IMG/VR virus record: IMGVR_UViG_2534681772_000015
From: a virus
Taxonomy: Duplodnaviria; Heunggongvirae; Uroviricota; Caudoviricetes
Length of the DNA stretch: 6,621 bases
Reading direction: 5' to 3' (one strand)
In this document: piece by piece, positions 6,268 through 6,621 of the stretch
Numbering within the stretch: position 1 is the stretch's first letter
Layout: each line of letters starts with the position of its first letter
Notes under the pieces: generated by a model
The model's input: only the letters and a program-made list of their open reading frames with translations
Told to the model about the DNA's origin: nothing
The model's database searches: none
Program-made: the position numbers and the translations under genes

Positions 6268-6621
6268 TGAACCGCCCCGGGAATCCTGGAGACTAAACTC
6301 CCTGAGAAAGAGGTAAACAGGATGACTAAAAATACTCGTTTTTCCCCCGAAGTCCGTCAGAGGGCGATTCGTATGGTTCTGGAAAGTCAGGGCGAATATG
6401 ACTCACAGTGGGCGGCAATTTGTTCCATTGCCCCAAAGATTGACTGTACACCGGAGACTCTGCGTGTCTGGGTACGCCAGCATGAGCGGGATACCGGAGG
6501 CGGTGATGGCGGGCTCACCACCGCTGAACGTCAGCGTCTGAAAGAGCTGGAACGTGAAAATCGTGAACTGCGCCGCAGTAACGATATCCTTCGCCAGGCT
6601 TCCGCTTATTTTGCGAAGGCG
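6268..6621 (+). mobile_element. IS3-family insertion sequence, left end (IS629/IS1203-like), running off the window
   Basis: The terminus begins with TG (TGAACCGCCCCGGGAATCCTGGAGACTAAACTCCC...) as IS3-family left inverted repeats do, followed by an AAGAGG ribosome-binding site and orfA. The IS629-like assignment is from memory of the OrfA sequence. Confidence 0.85.
6322..6621 (+). CDS. IS3-family transposase OrfA (partial; 3' end beyond window)
   Basis: Translation [100 protein letters not shown] shows the helix-turn-helix plus leucine-zipper organisation of IS3-family OrfA proteins. No stop codon before the window end. Confidence 0.9.
   Translation, partial: MTKNTRFSPEVRQRAIRMVLESQGEYDSQWAAICSIAPKIDCTPETLRVWVRQHERDTGGGDGGLTTAERQRLKELERENRELRRSNDILRQASAYFAKA

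Noticed and set aside
6268-6330. Outward-reading promoter from the IS left end that might drive the baseplate operon
   Set aside because: On the minus strand within the IS terminus only weak hexamers are present (for example TTTACC...TAGTCT), insufficient to claim a promoter from sequence alone.
1-6621. Looked for CRISPR arrays, tRNA/rRNA genes and att-type direct repeats within the window
   Set aside because: No regularly spaced repeat array and no cloverleaf-compatible segment noticed. The expected tRNA-embedded att site of a P4-type integrase would lie upstream of position 1, outside the window.

Overview
The window looks like the integrase-proximal end of a degraded, mosaic prophage or genomic island, read entirely from sequence. 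It contains four blocks. (1) An intact P4/CP4-57-family tyrosine integrase at 1..1158 (+), which I recognise from memory as IntS-like. (2) A compositionally foreign, AT-rich single-gene cassette at about 1505..2680, encoding an integral-membrane acyltransferase-3 (Oac/OafA-like) enzyme with all three family motifs, bracketed by a plausible sigma70 promoter and a perfect bidirectional terminator. This is the most interesting candidate: a probable lysogenic-conversion gene that modifies surface polysaccharide. (3) A convergent minus-strand module at 6262..2664 with myovirus baseplate and tail-fiber gene order (gpW/gp25-like, baseplate-J-like, gpI-like, tail fiber, then a tiny coupled ORF). (4) The left end of an IS3-family element (IS629-like orfA) starting at 6268, only 5 bp upstream of the first baseplate gene, so the tail module is cut off from whatever lay upstream. 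No tRNA, rRNA or CRISPR array was seen. All family assignments rest on motif recognition and recall; none was checked against a database.
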